Under the pieces are notes generated by a model that worked only from the letters and a program-made list of their open reading frames with translations, was not told the DNA's origin and did no database searches. From Polyangiales bacterium (lineage in GTDB: Bacteria; Myxococcota_A; Polyangia; Polyangiales; Polyangiaceae): a stretch of DNA of 64,000 bases. Shown here in pieces: positions 40,750-49,726 of this stretch. The stretch covers positions 128,001 to 192,000 of the forward strand of contig JBBRLQ010000007.1 in NCBI GenBank assembly GCA_038231275.1, given 5' to 3'. The number at the start of each line of letters is the position of its first letter. The first letter of the stretch is position 1. The translations under genes and the position numbers were made by a program.

Positions 40750-42807
40750 CTATTTCGGGTCGCGCGTGAACGTGTACGCCTGCTGCGGCGATTCCAGGGT
40801 GAGCGTCGCTTTGCTCTCGTCGCCGCCGCCGCCGCCGATGGTGAGCTCGGTGCCCGTGAGCGGCGGATCGAGGAGGCACGCCTTGATCGTTCCGTCGGTC
40901 ATCTTCTTTTGGCCGAGTGCGCTCTTCCATTCGCCGGCGTCGAACCAAAGAACGCCCTTCTTGTCGAGCGTGACCTTCACCTTGCCGAGACTCGGGTTCG
41001 TGTACACGCCAACGAGCTTGGCGCTCCACTCCTTGTCCGGCTCGCGGGTGATCTTGGCGAGCTCGCGCTCGACCTCGTCTTTGCGTTGCTTCTGCGCGTA
41101 GGCGACGCGGGGCTTGGCGAGGTCCTTCCCATCGAAGAGCTCCTCGATGATCTTGCGTTGCACGGCCCCGTTGAACGCCCCCGCGTCGACGACGTTCGAA
41201 AGGACCAAGATCGCGGTTTTCTGCTCGGGGAGCATGAACATGAGTGTCGTGAAACCGAACGTGCCGCCGTCGTGCCACAGGATTGGTAGGTCGCGGTACG
41301 TGCCGACGCCGAGGCCGAGCCCGTAGCTCTGGGTGTCGCCCATCTTCACGTTGGGCTTGCGACGCTCGATGAGGTTCGCCTCGCTGACGACGCGTTTGCC
41401 CTCGGGCGTCACGCCGCCCGCCATCTCCGTCATCACGTAGCGCTCCATGTCCTTCAGGTTCGACCACGTGCCGCCGGCGGGGCGCACCGGAAGGCTGAAG
41501 TGCTCCATCGCGAGCGGGATCGGCTTCACCTCGTACGCCACGTTGGCGCTGTGGGGTGTCGCGTGCTCGGCGCGCGCGGCGGCGGTGAAGTCGAGCGTGG
41601 ACGACTTCATCCCGATGGGGTCGAAGATCTTTGCCTTCATCGCCGCGTCGTACGCGGGGCCGAGCGCCTTCTTGGGGTCGAACGCGTGCCCCGCCGCGTA
41701 ACCGCCGGCGGCCACGAGGAGGTTACTGTACTGGAACACCTCGCCGAACGGCGTCGTCGGCTTCATGCCCTTCATCGAGGCGACGCGCTGCTCCGGGGTG
41801 ACGGCGGCGTACTCGAAGAGGAACTCCATGTCCTGACGCGGCATGCCGGTGCACGCGCACGACGTGTACGCCAAGGTCAGCTTCTTCGTGGTCTCCGGAT
41901 CGCCGAGCGCGAACGTCGGGAGCACGTCGGTCACCGGCGTCGTCCAGGTGAACTTTCCGGCGTCGACGAGCGTGGCCTCCATCATCGTCGTCATGCTCTG
42001 GCCGATGGATCCCATCATGAAGAGCGTCTTGGGGGTGACCTTGTCCTTCTTGCCGAGCGTTCGCGTGCCGAAGCCCTTCTCGTAGACGACCTTGCCGCCG
42101 CTGACGATCGCCACCGCGGTCCCAGGGACGCTCAGCGCGATCCGCGCCTCCTCCACGAACGCGTCGATCTCCCCCGTTCGCTTCGCGTCGAGCTCGTTCG
42201 GCGTCTTGCCCTTGAACGACTCCTCCGCCAGGCCCTTCGGCGCGAACGTCCAGAGCGCGGCGTCCAGTTGCGCGGAGCGTCGATCGAGCGCGGCGTCACC
42301 GGCGCCGACGAGCGCGACGTAGTGCTTCTCGCCGAACTTTCGCGCGAGCGCAAAGACCGCCCGATGCTCGGTGGTCTTGGTCTCGTACTCGACCTCCGTG
42401 ACGTGGTCCCACCCGCGGATCGGCGGCGGGCTCTCCGTCCGCTTGATCGCGCGCGCGAAGTCGGGACGCACGACCGACCACGCTGCGGCGACCGCCTTCG
42501 CAGGATCGCTCTCCGCGACCTCGAGAAAGGAGACGCGCATCTCCTTGTCGGGATCCTCGAGGATCGTCACGTCACCCTCGGTGACCCACCAACCCTTCGA
42601 GGCCGTGAACGTCGCGCCGGAGGGCGTGGTGATCGGGGTGTCGTCGGTCAGCTGGCGCGCAGACGGCGTCGGAGGCCCGAGCTCGTCGACCATCGGGGGG
42701 ACCGGAGTAGACGGGATCGGCGTCGGCGTCGGCGCCGGGGGAGGCGGCGGTTTGCTCCCGCAGGCGACGATGAACGTGAGGAGGGAGACGAGAGCTGCGG
42801 AGCGCAT
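40750..42807 (-). CDS. Serine hydrolase (class C beta-lactamase-like) lipoprotein; SxxK reads SIGQ
   Basis: Lipobox IVA-C; motifs VPGTAVAIV, FMMGSIGQS, FQYSN, IFDPIGM, PAGG and HDGG. Confidence 0.88.
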   Translation of the reverse strand: MRSAALVSLLTFIVACGSKPPPPPAPTPTPIPSTPVPPMVDELGPPTPSARQLTDDTPITTPSGATFTASKGWWVTEGDVTILEDPDKEMRVSFLEVAESDPAKAVAAAWSVVRPDFARAIKRTESPPPIRGWDHVTEVEYETKTTEHRAVFALARKFGEKHYVALVGAGDAALDRRSAQLDAALWTFAPKGLAEESFKGKTPNELDAKRTGEIDAFVEEARIALSVPGTAVAIVSGGKVVYEKGFGTRTLGKKDKVTPKTLFMMGSIGQSMTTMMEATLVDAGKFTWTTPVTDVLPTFALGDPETTKKLTLAYTSCACTGMPRQDMEFLFEYAAVTPEQRVASMKGMKPTTPFGEVFQYSNLLVAAGGYAAGHAFDPKKALGPAYDAAMKAKIFDPIGMKSSTLDFTAAARAEHATPHSANVAYEVKPIPLAMEHFSLPVRPAGGTWSNLKDMERYVMTEMAGGVTPEGKRVVSEANLIERRKPNVKMGDTQSYGLGLGVGTYRDLPILWHDGGTFGFTTLMFMLPEQKTAILVLSNVVDAGAFNGAVQRKIIEELFDGKDLAKPRVAYAQKQRKDEVERELAKITREPDKEWSAKLVGVYTNPSLGKVKVTLDKKGVLWFDAGEWKSALGQKKMTDGTIKACLLDPPLTGTELTIGGGGGDESKATLTLESPQQAYTFTRDPK

Positions 42808-42869
42808 GCGCCGCAGCATAGAGCAAGGCCAGTTCGCAAGAACAGAGACCAGAACAGTTAGACCAGAGC

Positions 42870-44759
42870 CTACGCTCCGTCGCCGGCCGCTCCGGTGGCG
42901 ACGTCGACCCGGACCTTGTCGCGCGGTAGCCAGAGGGCGGCGCGCAGCTCCTCTACCCGTTTTTGCCCCTTTTCGAGCCGTCCCGCGAGATCCTCCACCA
43001 GCGCGATCGCCGGCGCGTCGTTCTCGACACCGTCGGTGCGCGCGGCCTGCGTCGCGTGCAGGACCTCGAGGACCTCGCGGTGCAGCTCCTCGCCGGCCGT
43101 GAGGACCCACGCGTCGAGCTTCGCGGCGAACTCGTCGATCATCTCGTCGAGCTTGGGCCCGACCTTCGCGGCGGCTTGCTTCAGCACCTCCGGCGCGACC
43201 TCCTTCGCCTTCTTCCGGTACTCCTCTTCCACCTTGCCCTTGACGACGAGCGCGAGGATCGGCGCGGCGACCGTGAGGAGGCCGCCGACGAGGAGGTTCA
43301 CGAACATGACGCCGAGGCCCACCGTGATGAGCGCGGCGATGCCCATGTCGTACTTGAACGTGTCGATCTGCACCTCGAGGCGCTTCACGTCGGTGCCGAG
43401 CTTCTCGCCGACGCGGCGGGTCGTGTCGTGCGCGTCCTCGCGGACGAGCGCGATCGTCTTCTCTGCGAGACCCTCCAGCTGGGCGGCGATGTCCTTCGCT
43501 TCGACCTCCGCCCATTGGCGGAACGTGTCCTCGAGGAAGGCCGGGAGGTAGTTCTTGAGATCGTCGGATTTCGCCGAGTCGATCACGTTGGGGATCTGCT
43601 TGATGACGTCGTCGACGAAGCGATCGAGATCCTTGCGGGCGCCGACCTTGATGCCGGTGACGTCTTCGCGGATCTTCTGGCGGCGCTGCTCGATCGTCAT
43701 GGCCTGGCCGGCGAGATCTTGCTCGAGGGCCTTGATGCGACGATCGAGCTCTTCGACCTTCATCGCCACCGCGCGGCGCCGCGCGTCGACGCCGCGACCG
43801 AGGAGGGCCGCGACGTTGAGGCCCGCGCCGAGCGCGTTGTCGAGGAGGATGCGCCCGCGCTCTTCGGCGAGAAAATGCGTGAGGTGCTCGAGGAGATCGG
43901 TCATGCCGCTCTCGGCCACGCGCCCTCCCTGGAGCGCCGTCTCCGCGCTGACCGGGAAGACGAACGGATCCTTCACGAGCTTGCCGAGCTGGAGCTTGGC
44001 GTACGCGAGCGCCTCTTTGCGCTCAGCGTCGTTCAGGATGTCCCACTTCGTGATGACGAAGACGATCTTGTCGCGCGACGCGGCGAGGAGCTTCTCCTGG
44101 AGGAAGACGCGCTCGCTCTCCTTCAGGATCTGACCGGCGTCGAGGAGGAAGAGGACGGCGTCGGCGCGGGGAATGTAGCTGTAGGTGATGTCCGCGCGCT
44201 GGAGCGAGAGATCGTTCACGCCTGGCGTGTCGACGAGCAGGATTCGTTCCTTGAGCAGCTGCGCGGGGTAGCCGACCTCGAGAAAATCGACCTCCTCCGT
44301 GTGCGCGCTGCCGCCGACGGCGAAGTTGCGCGTGTCGCCGAACGGGATCGTCTCGCGCCGTCCGGACGCGAACTGCACGGTGGCCTCGGGGACCTCGGAG
44401 TACTTGAGGTGGTGGATGGCGGCGGTCGTCGGCGTGACGCCGACTGGGAGGACCGACTCGCCGAGGAGCGCGTTCACGAATGTCGACTTGCCGTGGTTGA
44501 ACTCGCCGACCACCACGAGGTGGAAGCGATCTTCCTCGAGCTTGTGCACCAAATCGCGATCGACGCGCTCCTTGAGCGTCTTGGCGCCGACCGCCTCGGC
44601 GAGCGCGGAGAGCTCCGCGAGGGCGCTTGTCACTTCGGTCTTCTTGTCGCGGAACGCGTCGAGCATCGCCTTTCCCTCACCCCTCTCGGAAGCCGATCCA
44701 ACCACCAAATGCGTGCCGCTCGCCTCGCTCGCCCCGTTCACACCGTTCGTCGCGCTCAT
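42870..44759 (-). CDS. Bacterial dynamin-like GTPase
   Basis: G1 GEFNHGKS, G2 PTT, G3 DTPG and G4 TKWD, with a helical stalk and hydrophobic hairpin (GIAALITVGLGVMFVNLLVGGLLTVAAPILALVV). The start may instead be the ATG of MLDAFR. Confidence 0.92.
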   Translation of the reverse strand: MSATNGVNGASEASGTHLVVGSASERGEGKAMLDAFRDKKTEVTSALAELSALAEAVGAKTLKERVDRDLVHKLEEDRFHLVVVGEFNHGKSTFVNALLGESVLPVGVTPTTAAIHHLKYSEVPEATVQFASGRRETIPFGDTRNFAVGGSAHTEEVDFLEVGYPAQLLKERILLVDTPGVNDLSLQRADITYSYIPRADAVLFLLDAGQILKESERVFLQEKLLAASRDKIVFVITKWDILNDAERKEALAYAKLQLGKLVKDPFVFPVSAETALQGGRVAESGMTDLLEHLTHFLAEERGRILLDNALGAGLNVAALLGRGVDARRRAVAMKVEELDRRIKALEQDLAGQAMTIEQRRQKIREDVTGIKVGARKDLDRFVDDVIKQIPNVIDSAKSDDLKNYLPAFLEDTFRQWAEVEAKDIAAQLEGLAEKTIALVREDAHDTTRRVGEKLGTDVKRLEVQIDTFKYDMGIAALITVGLGVMFVNLLVGGLLTVAAPILALVVKGKVEEEYRKKAKEVAPEVLKQAAAKVGPKLDEMIDEFAAKLDAWVLTAGEELHREVLEVLHATQAARTDGVENDAPAIALVEDLAGRLEKGQKRVEELRAALWLPRDKVRVDVATGAAGDGA

Positions 44760-45655
44760 CAAGCGTCTCCCTTGAGGAGCTGGAGGACCTTGTCGTCCAC
44801 TTCCTTCATCGACAGCCCCGACGTCCCGAGGCCCGCCGCTTTGCGGTAGAGCTCGCTCTCCGCGAAGACGCGCATCGCGAGGACGCGCTTGGGGAGCCAT
44901 GGGTGCGTCGCGAAGACTTCCATGTAGCGCCCGAGGCCGTCCTTGCCCTCTTCGTACTGGTCGAGGAAGGCGTCGATGTTGAACTCTTCGTACAGCTTGC
45001 GCGATCCGAGGACGAGCTTCGTCAGGGCGCGGGCGGAGACCTGGTCGTTCTTGCTGCACAGCATGCCGGCGCGGTCGCACGTGATCTCGGCGCGGCGGCT
45101 CCATGCGCGGAGAGCGATGAGCGCGGGCTCGGTGATCCACTGCACGAAGACGCCGGCCATTCGCGTCAGGTAATGCAGCGCCGTGAGGTACACGACGTGC
45201 GAGTTGTGGATGTGGCCGCACTCGTGGCCGAGCACCGTCAGGAGCTCCTCGTCGGTGTAGTGATCGATGAGCGCCGAGTGCACCATGATGAACGACTCTT
45301 CGTTCGTGCCGTAGGTGGCGGCGTTCAGGTGCGGCGAGTTGACGATGTAGACCTGCGGCGTCTGAATCTGGAGGGTGTCCGCGCACGTCTTCACGAGCGA
45401 CTGGATTCGCGGGAACTGGCGCTCGCTGACGCGGACGGCGCTGCCGAGGAGCTGGCTCTTCCAGACGGTCTTGAACATGCGCACGGTGCTCGTGACGGCG
45501 AGCTCGACGGGCTTGGCGCGTTCGAAGGCGGCGCGCGTCTTCCGATCCATCACGTACGCGTACTCGTGCCCCGTGGTCTCCGCCCCACCCCCCGCGCGCT
45601 CGCTCTTCTTCCTCGCGACGAAGGCATCGAAATTCAAGGTGGGAGCGTTCGGCAT
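44759..45655 (-). CDS. M48 family zinc metallopeptidase
   Basis: Motifs NAATYG, VLGHECGH, WSRRAEITCDR and THP...KR. Stop overlaps the dynamin ATG (TGATG). Confidence 0.92.
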   Translation of the reverse strand: MPNAPTLNFDAFVARKKSERAGGGAETTGHEYAYVMDRKTRAAFERAKPVELAVTSTVRMFKTVWKSQLLGSAVRVSERQFPRIQSLVKTCADTLQIQTPQVYIVNSPHLNAATYGTNEESFIMVHSALIDHYTDEELLTVLGHECGHIHNSHVVYLTALHYLTRMAGVFVQWITEPALIALRAWSRRAEITCDRAGMLCSKNDQVSARALTKLVLGSRKLYEEFNIDAFLDQYEEGKDGLGRYMEVFATHPWLPKRVLAMRVFAESELYRKAAGLGTSGLSMKEVDDKVLQLLKGDA

Positions 45656-45688
45656 GGGAGACCTTTCCTTAAGGGACGCGGCACCAGA

Positions 45689-45717
45689 AACGTAAGGCGC
45701 CCGGGTGGGCCGTGCAA
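45689..45717 (-). promoter_or_regulatory. Putative sigma70-like promoter of the M48-dynamin operon
   Basis: Minus strand TTGCAC-N17-TACGTT, upstream of an AAGGAAAGG RBS. Confidence 0.45.
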
Positions 45718-45854
45718 TCCACACCTAGCCGACGTGGTTTTGAGCGCAGCAGGCAAGGCGAGGAGAGCGACCCACGAGGTGCATACACACGGCAGAGCGA
45801 TTCTCTTCCTCTCAGCTCTACGGGTGGGACCCTGCGCGCGATCTAAAGGGGCGT

Positions 45855-46865
45855 CTAAAACGACTGGATCTTGAGGCCGCCGTTCACGAAACGGCTCTCG
45901 GAGCGCGACTTGTCGAAGGCGCCGGTCGCGGCGAGGGTGACGCCGGTGGCGACGAGGACCCCGGTGACGAAGAGCGCGCCCGTGGCCCAGCCAGGCCAGT
46001 GTCGGATCGCGGGCTCCTCGGTCGGACCCTCCTGCAGCGCGACCGGAGGGCCGACGCGCCACTCGGCGAGAGGACCGCAGGAGCCCCCTTCGCACGACGC
46101 GACGCCGAGCGCGGTGCCCATCGGCGCGACGGCGATCCAGCTCGAGCAGCGCACGCCGTCCGCCCGGACCGCGCCGTCGTCGAGGCGCGCGGATTCCACA
46201 TCGCCGCTGGAGCACGCGGGCGCGCCGCTGATCTGGACGCGCACCTCGGCGCCGGGCGCGGTGGAGAGCCAGCTCGCGAATCGGAGCGCGCCGCCCTCGG
46301 AGACGGTGAGGACGTGCTCGCCGGCCGGACGATCGGCGATCGGCGCGCCGTCGAGGAGGACGATCGCCTGCTCGCTCGCGCCGTCGACGACGATGCGCGC
46401 GCGCACCTTGGGCTCGGCGCTCGCCGCGATCTCGCCGACGCCCGCGACGCGTCCTCCGTCGAGCGCGGCCGCGCGACGCCACGCCGCGTCGCCGCGCGCG
46501 GGATCCCTCGGTTCGAGCCGGTGCCAGCGCGACGACCAGAGGCGATTCACTTCGGCCATGAGCCACGCCGCGTTGGGAAGCTCGGGGTGCGCGCGCAGAA
46601 CCGCCTCCGCCCGGGCGAGGGCGCGCTCGATCGCGTCGGGCTCCTGCGCCGCCAGTGCGTCGCGCGCGCGCTCGATTTCGTCCTCGACCCGCTCGATCCC
46701 CGCGAGATCGATCTCGATGGGCGCCGCACGCCCCGCCGCCGGAGTCACCAGTCGGACGCCACGCGCCAGCGCCCACTCCTCGAGGGCGTGCTGATCCGCC
46801 GCCCCGCGCGACGGAGCGAGCCACACCACCGGCGTGGGCGCGAGCTCCGGCGGCGCGGCGTCCAT
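45855..46865 (-). CDS. Hypothetical membrane protein (PEGA-like segment)
   Basis: 336-aa ORF coupled to the bcp stop. Contains IVLLDG...GEHVLTV and a C-terminal hydrophobic segment. Confidence 0.6.
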   Translation of the reverse strand: MDAAPPELAPTPVVWLAPSRGAADQHALEEWALARGVRLVTPAAGRAAPIEIDLAGIERVEDEIERARDALAAQEPDAIERALARAEAVLRAHPELPNAAWLMAEVNRLWSSRWHRLEPRDPARGDAAWRRAAALDGGRVAGVGEIAASAEPKVRARIVVDGASEQAIVLLDGAPIADRPAGEHVLTVSEGGALRFASWLSTAPGAEVRVQISGAPACSSGDVESARLDDGAVRADGVRCSSWIAVAPMGTALGVASCEGGSCGPLAEWRVGPPVALQEGPTEEPAIRHWPGWATGALFVTGVLVATGVTLAATGAFDKSRSESRFVNGGLKIQSF

Positions 46866-46867
46866 CG

Positions 46868-47464
46868 TCAGCGCTTCCCTGCGGCCGATTTCTTCGCGGC
46901 GCTCTTCTTGGCAGCGCTGTTCTTGGCAGCGCTCTTCTTGGCAGCGCTCTTCTTGGGGGCGCTCTTCTTCGGCGCGCTCGCCTTGCTCGGCGTGGCTGCC
47001 GCGTCACCGCCTCGAAGCGCGGCGAGCACCGCGTCGGCGTGGCCGTCGACCTTCACGGAAGGGAACACCTTCGCGAGCTTTCCATCGGGACCGATGACGA
47101 ACGTGCTGCGGATCGTGCCGAGCACCTTGCGGCCGTACATCGTCTTCTCGCCGTACGCCCCGAACGCTTTGTGAACCGAGAGGTCGGCGTCGGAGAGGAG
47201 GGGGAAGTTGAGCGCGTACTTGTCGCGGAAGCCGCAGTGGCTCGTGACCGAGTCCTTGCTGATGCCGAGCACCGTCGCGCCGAGCTTCGCGAGCTCCTTC
47301 TTTGCGGCTGAGAATGCTTGCGCTTCGCGCGTGCAGCCGGGCGTGTTGTCGCGTGGGTAGAAGTAAACGACCACGGGCTTGCCCGCGAAATCGTCGAGCC
47401 GAACGTTCTTTCCCGCGTCGCTCGGCAGCTCGAAGCGGGGCGCCTTCTGTCCTTCTTTCAGCAT
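46868..47464 (-). CDS. bcp: BCP/PrxQ peroxiredoxin with Lys/Ala-rich histone-like tail
   Basis: Motifs YFYPRDNTPGCTREA, GISKD, SHC, LLSD, RSTFVI and VDGHA, then a (KKSAA)-repeat tail. Confidence 0.93.
   Translation of the reverse strand: MLKEGQKAPRFELPSDAGKNVRLDDFAGKPVVVYFYPRDNTPGCTREAQAFSAAKKELAKLGATVLGISKDSVTSHCGFRDKYALNFPLLSDADLSVHKAFGAYGEKTMYGRKVLGTIRSTFVIGPDGKLAKVFPSVKVDGHADAVLAALRGGDAAATPSKASAPKKSAPKKSAAKKSAAKNSAAKKSAAKKSAAGKR
46880..46969 (-). repeat. Six 15-bp tandem units encoding KKSAA-like pentapeptides
   Basis: Plus-strand unit approximately GGCAGCGCTCTTCTT; encodes KKSAP KKSAA KKSAA KNSAA KKSAA KKSAA. Confidence 0.9.
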
Positions 47465-47528
47465 CGGATCTCCGTGGATCTCAAGGGGGCCGTTCCTGGT
47501 ACACTTTGGGTGTGAGGTCCCAAGGCTC

Positions 47529-48275
47529 GTGCAGCTAAATTTCGCCGCTCGTGAGGTCACGATCAAGCTCGTTTACTACGGGCCGGCGCTCAGTGGGAAG
47601 ACCACCAACCTCAAAGCGCTGCATCAGATCGTCAAGGACGAGAGCCGCGGGCGCCTGATGACGCTCGAGACCAAGGACGACCGTACCCTGTTTTTCGACA
47701 TGCTCCCGCTCACGTTCAAGGCGGGCGAAGAAGGCGGGCCGGCGTCGCACGGGATGAGCATGCGCCTCAAGGTGTTCACGGTCCCCGGACAGGTGCTGCA
47801 TTCGAGCACGCGGCGCCTGGTCCTCCAGGGAGCGGATGGGGTCGCCTTCATCGCCGACTCGCAAGTCGCGCAGACCGAGAACAACGCCGCCGCCTTCCTC
47901 GATCTCCGCGACAACGTGAAGGAGATGGGGCGGAGCATCAAAGACTTGCCGCTCATCATCCAGTTCAACAAGCGCGACATGCCGAACGTGCGAAAAGACG
48001 CCGAGATCGAGCAGCTCGCCCAGAAGGGCAAAGAGCCGGTGTTCACCGCGTCGGCCGTCAACGGAGAGGGCGTGCTCGAGTCGTTCTTCGGCCTCCTCTA
48101 CTTGACGTGGCAGCGGCTCGACGAAGAGCACCAGCTCGCGAGCAAGCTCGGCATCCGCCCCGACCAGTTCCTCACGATGGCGGCGCGCAAGCTCGGCCAC
48201 CAAGGTGACGTCGGCACGCTGCTCGCCGCGTGCGTGGGCGGGAGGCTGCTCCCCCGCGCAGGGAAGGCGCGCTGA
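47529..48275 (+). CDS. MglA-family small GTPase (paralog with C-terminal extension)
   Basis: Motifs KLVYYGPALSGKTTNL, DRTLFFD, TVPGQ, ADGVAFIADS, NKRD and SA. Confidence 0.92.
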   Translation: MQLNFAAREVTIKLVYYGPALSGKTTNLKALHQIVKDESRGRLMTLETKDDRTLFFDMLPLTFKAGEEGGPASHGMSMRLKVFTVPGQVLHSSTRRLVLQGADGVAFIADSQVAQTENNAAAFLDLRDNVKEMGRSIKDLPLIIQFNKRDMPNVRKDAEIEQLAQKGKEPVFTASAVNGEGVLESFFGLLYLTWQRLDEEHQLASKLGIRPDQFLTMAARKLGHQGDVGTLLAACVGGRLLPRAGKAR

Positions 48276-48276
48276 C

Positions 48277-49719
48277 GTGACCGCCGATCCGCGTAGCACC
48301 CCGGACGTGACCGAGCTGGCGATCGATGGCCTCCTCAGGCTGGAGGATCTCGTCGATCGCACTGCGCTCACCGAGCTCACGAAGAGCTTCTTCACGCTCT
48401 TCGGCATCCCGGTGCGCATCTACTCGAACGACGGCCTCCTGCTCGCCGACGCGTCGAACGAGCACGAGGTGTGCGCGTACGTGAACACTACCGGCGGCGG
48501 ACGAAAGGCGTGCACGGAGACGGTGCGCGGCGTGCGAACGTCGGAGCTCGAGGACGCGACCAACGAGGTCGTCCACACCTGCTTCACCGGCAACGTCTAC
48601 CGCGTCGTCCCGCTCGAATACGACAGCCGCCGCATCGGCCGCATCATCCTCGGCCCCTACGCGCCGCCGTCGTTGACCAGCGTGCCGCAGACCTTGCTCG
48701 ACGTCGACAAGGGCATCGAGAAGGGGCGCGCGCTCACGCTCCTCGGCAAGGTGCCGCGCGCCAAGCCCGAGACGATCACGCGCATCGGCAACCACCTCAA
48801 AGCGGCGCTCGATCTCATCCTCTTCAGCGGGCACAAGTCGCTCCTGACGAGCCAGATGCACCTCCTCAGCGTGCGCGAGAGCTACCGCGAGCTCCAGGAG
48901 AAGAACGCGAAGCTCCAGGAGGCCTACGACCGTCTGAAGGAGCTCGATCGCCTCAAATCGAACTTCCTCGCCACCGTGAGCCACGAACTGCGCACGCCGC
49001 TCACGTCGATCATCGGCTACAGCGAGATGCTCAGCGAGGGCATCGCCGGCGAGTTGAGCGGCGAGCAGGCAGAGTTCGTCAAGACGATCCACGAAAAGGG
49101 GGAGCAGCTCCTCGGGCTCATCAAGGGTCTCCTCGATCTGTCGAAGCTCGAGAGCGGCACGATGTCGATGCGCCGCCGGACGATCGTGATCAAGGAGGTG
49201 CTCGACGAGGTGCTGTCGACGCTGACCCCGATCGCGCGCAAGAAGGGCGTGGAGCTGCGGCTCGACGTCGAGGGGGTGTCGACCGAGCTGCGCGCCGATC
49301 CCGAGCGTCTTCGTCAGGTGTTCATCAACCTGGTCGACAACGCGCTCAAGTTCACGCCGCAGGGCGGCTCGGTGACGATGCGCGCGCGCATGGTGAGCTC
49401 GTCGAGCGACGGCGAAGAGGACTCGGGCTTCGCGCTGATGGCGCCGGCGCTGTCGAAGATCGAAGTGCGCGTCATGGACACTGGCATCGGCATCCCCGCG
49501 CACGAACGGGCGAAGGTGTTCGATCCGTTCTACCAGGTCGACTCGTCGTCGACGCGCGAGTACGGCGGCACTGGGCTCGGGCTCTCCATCGTGAAGCGGC
49601 TCGTCGAGGCGCACGGCGGCACCGTCGGGATCGAGGGGAACGAGCCGCGCGGCACAGTCTTCGTGGTTCGGCTGCCGCCGGCGTCGCTCGCGTCGGGGCG
49701 ACCGCCCGCGATGGGCTGA
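48277..49719 (+). CDS. Cytoplasmic PocR-domain histidine kinase
   Basis: PocR-like Cys pattern (VCAYV...ACTE...HTCFTG), then NFLATVSHELRTPL, NLVDNALKFT, DTGIG and GGTGLGL. Confidence 0.88.
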   Translation: MTADPRSTPDVTELAIDGLLRLEDLVDRTALTELTKSFFTLFGIPVRIYSNDGLLLADASNEHEVCAYVNTTGGGRKACTETVRGVRTSELEDATNEVVHTCFTGNVYRVVPLEYDSRRIGRIILGPYAPPSLTSVPQTLLDVDKGIEKGRALTLLGKVPRAKPETITRIGNHLKAALDLILFSGHKSLLTSQMHLLSVRESYRELQEKNAKLQEAYDRLKELDRLKSNFLATVSHELRTPLTSIIGYSEMLSEGIAGELSGEQAEFVKTIHEKGEQLLGLIKGLLDLSKLESGTMSMRRRTIVIKEVLDEVLSTLTPIARKKGVELRLDVEGVSTELRADPERLRQVFINLVDNALKFTPQGGSVTMRARMVSSSSDGEEDSGFALMAPALSKIEVRVMDTGIGIPAHERAKVFDPFYQVDSSSTREYGGTGLGLSIVKRLVEAHGGTVGIEGNEPRGTVFVVRLPPASLASGRPPAMG

Positions 49720-49726
49720 GCGCGCG

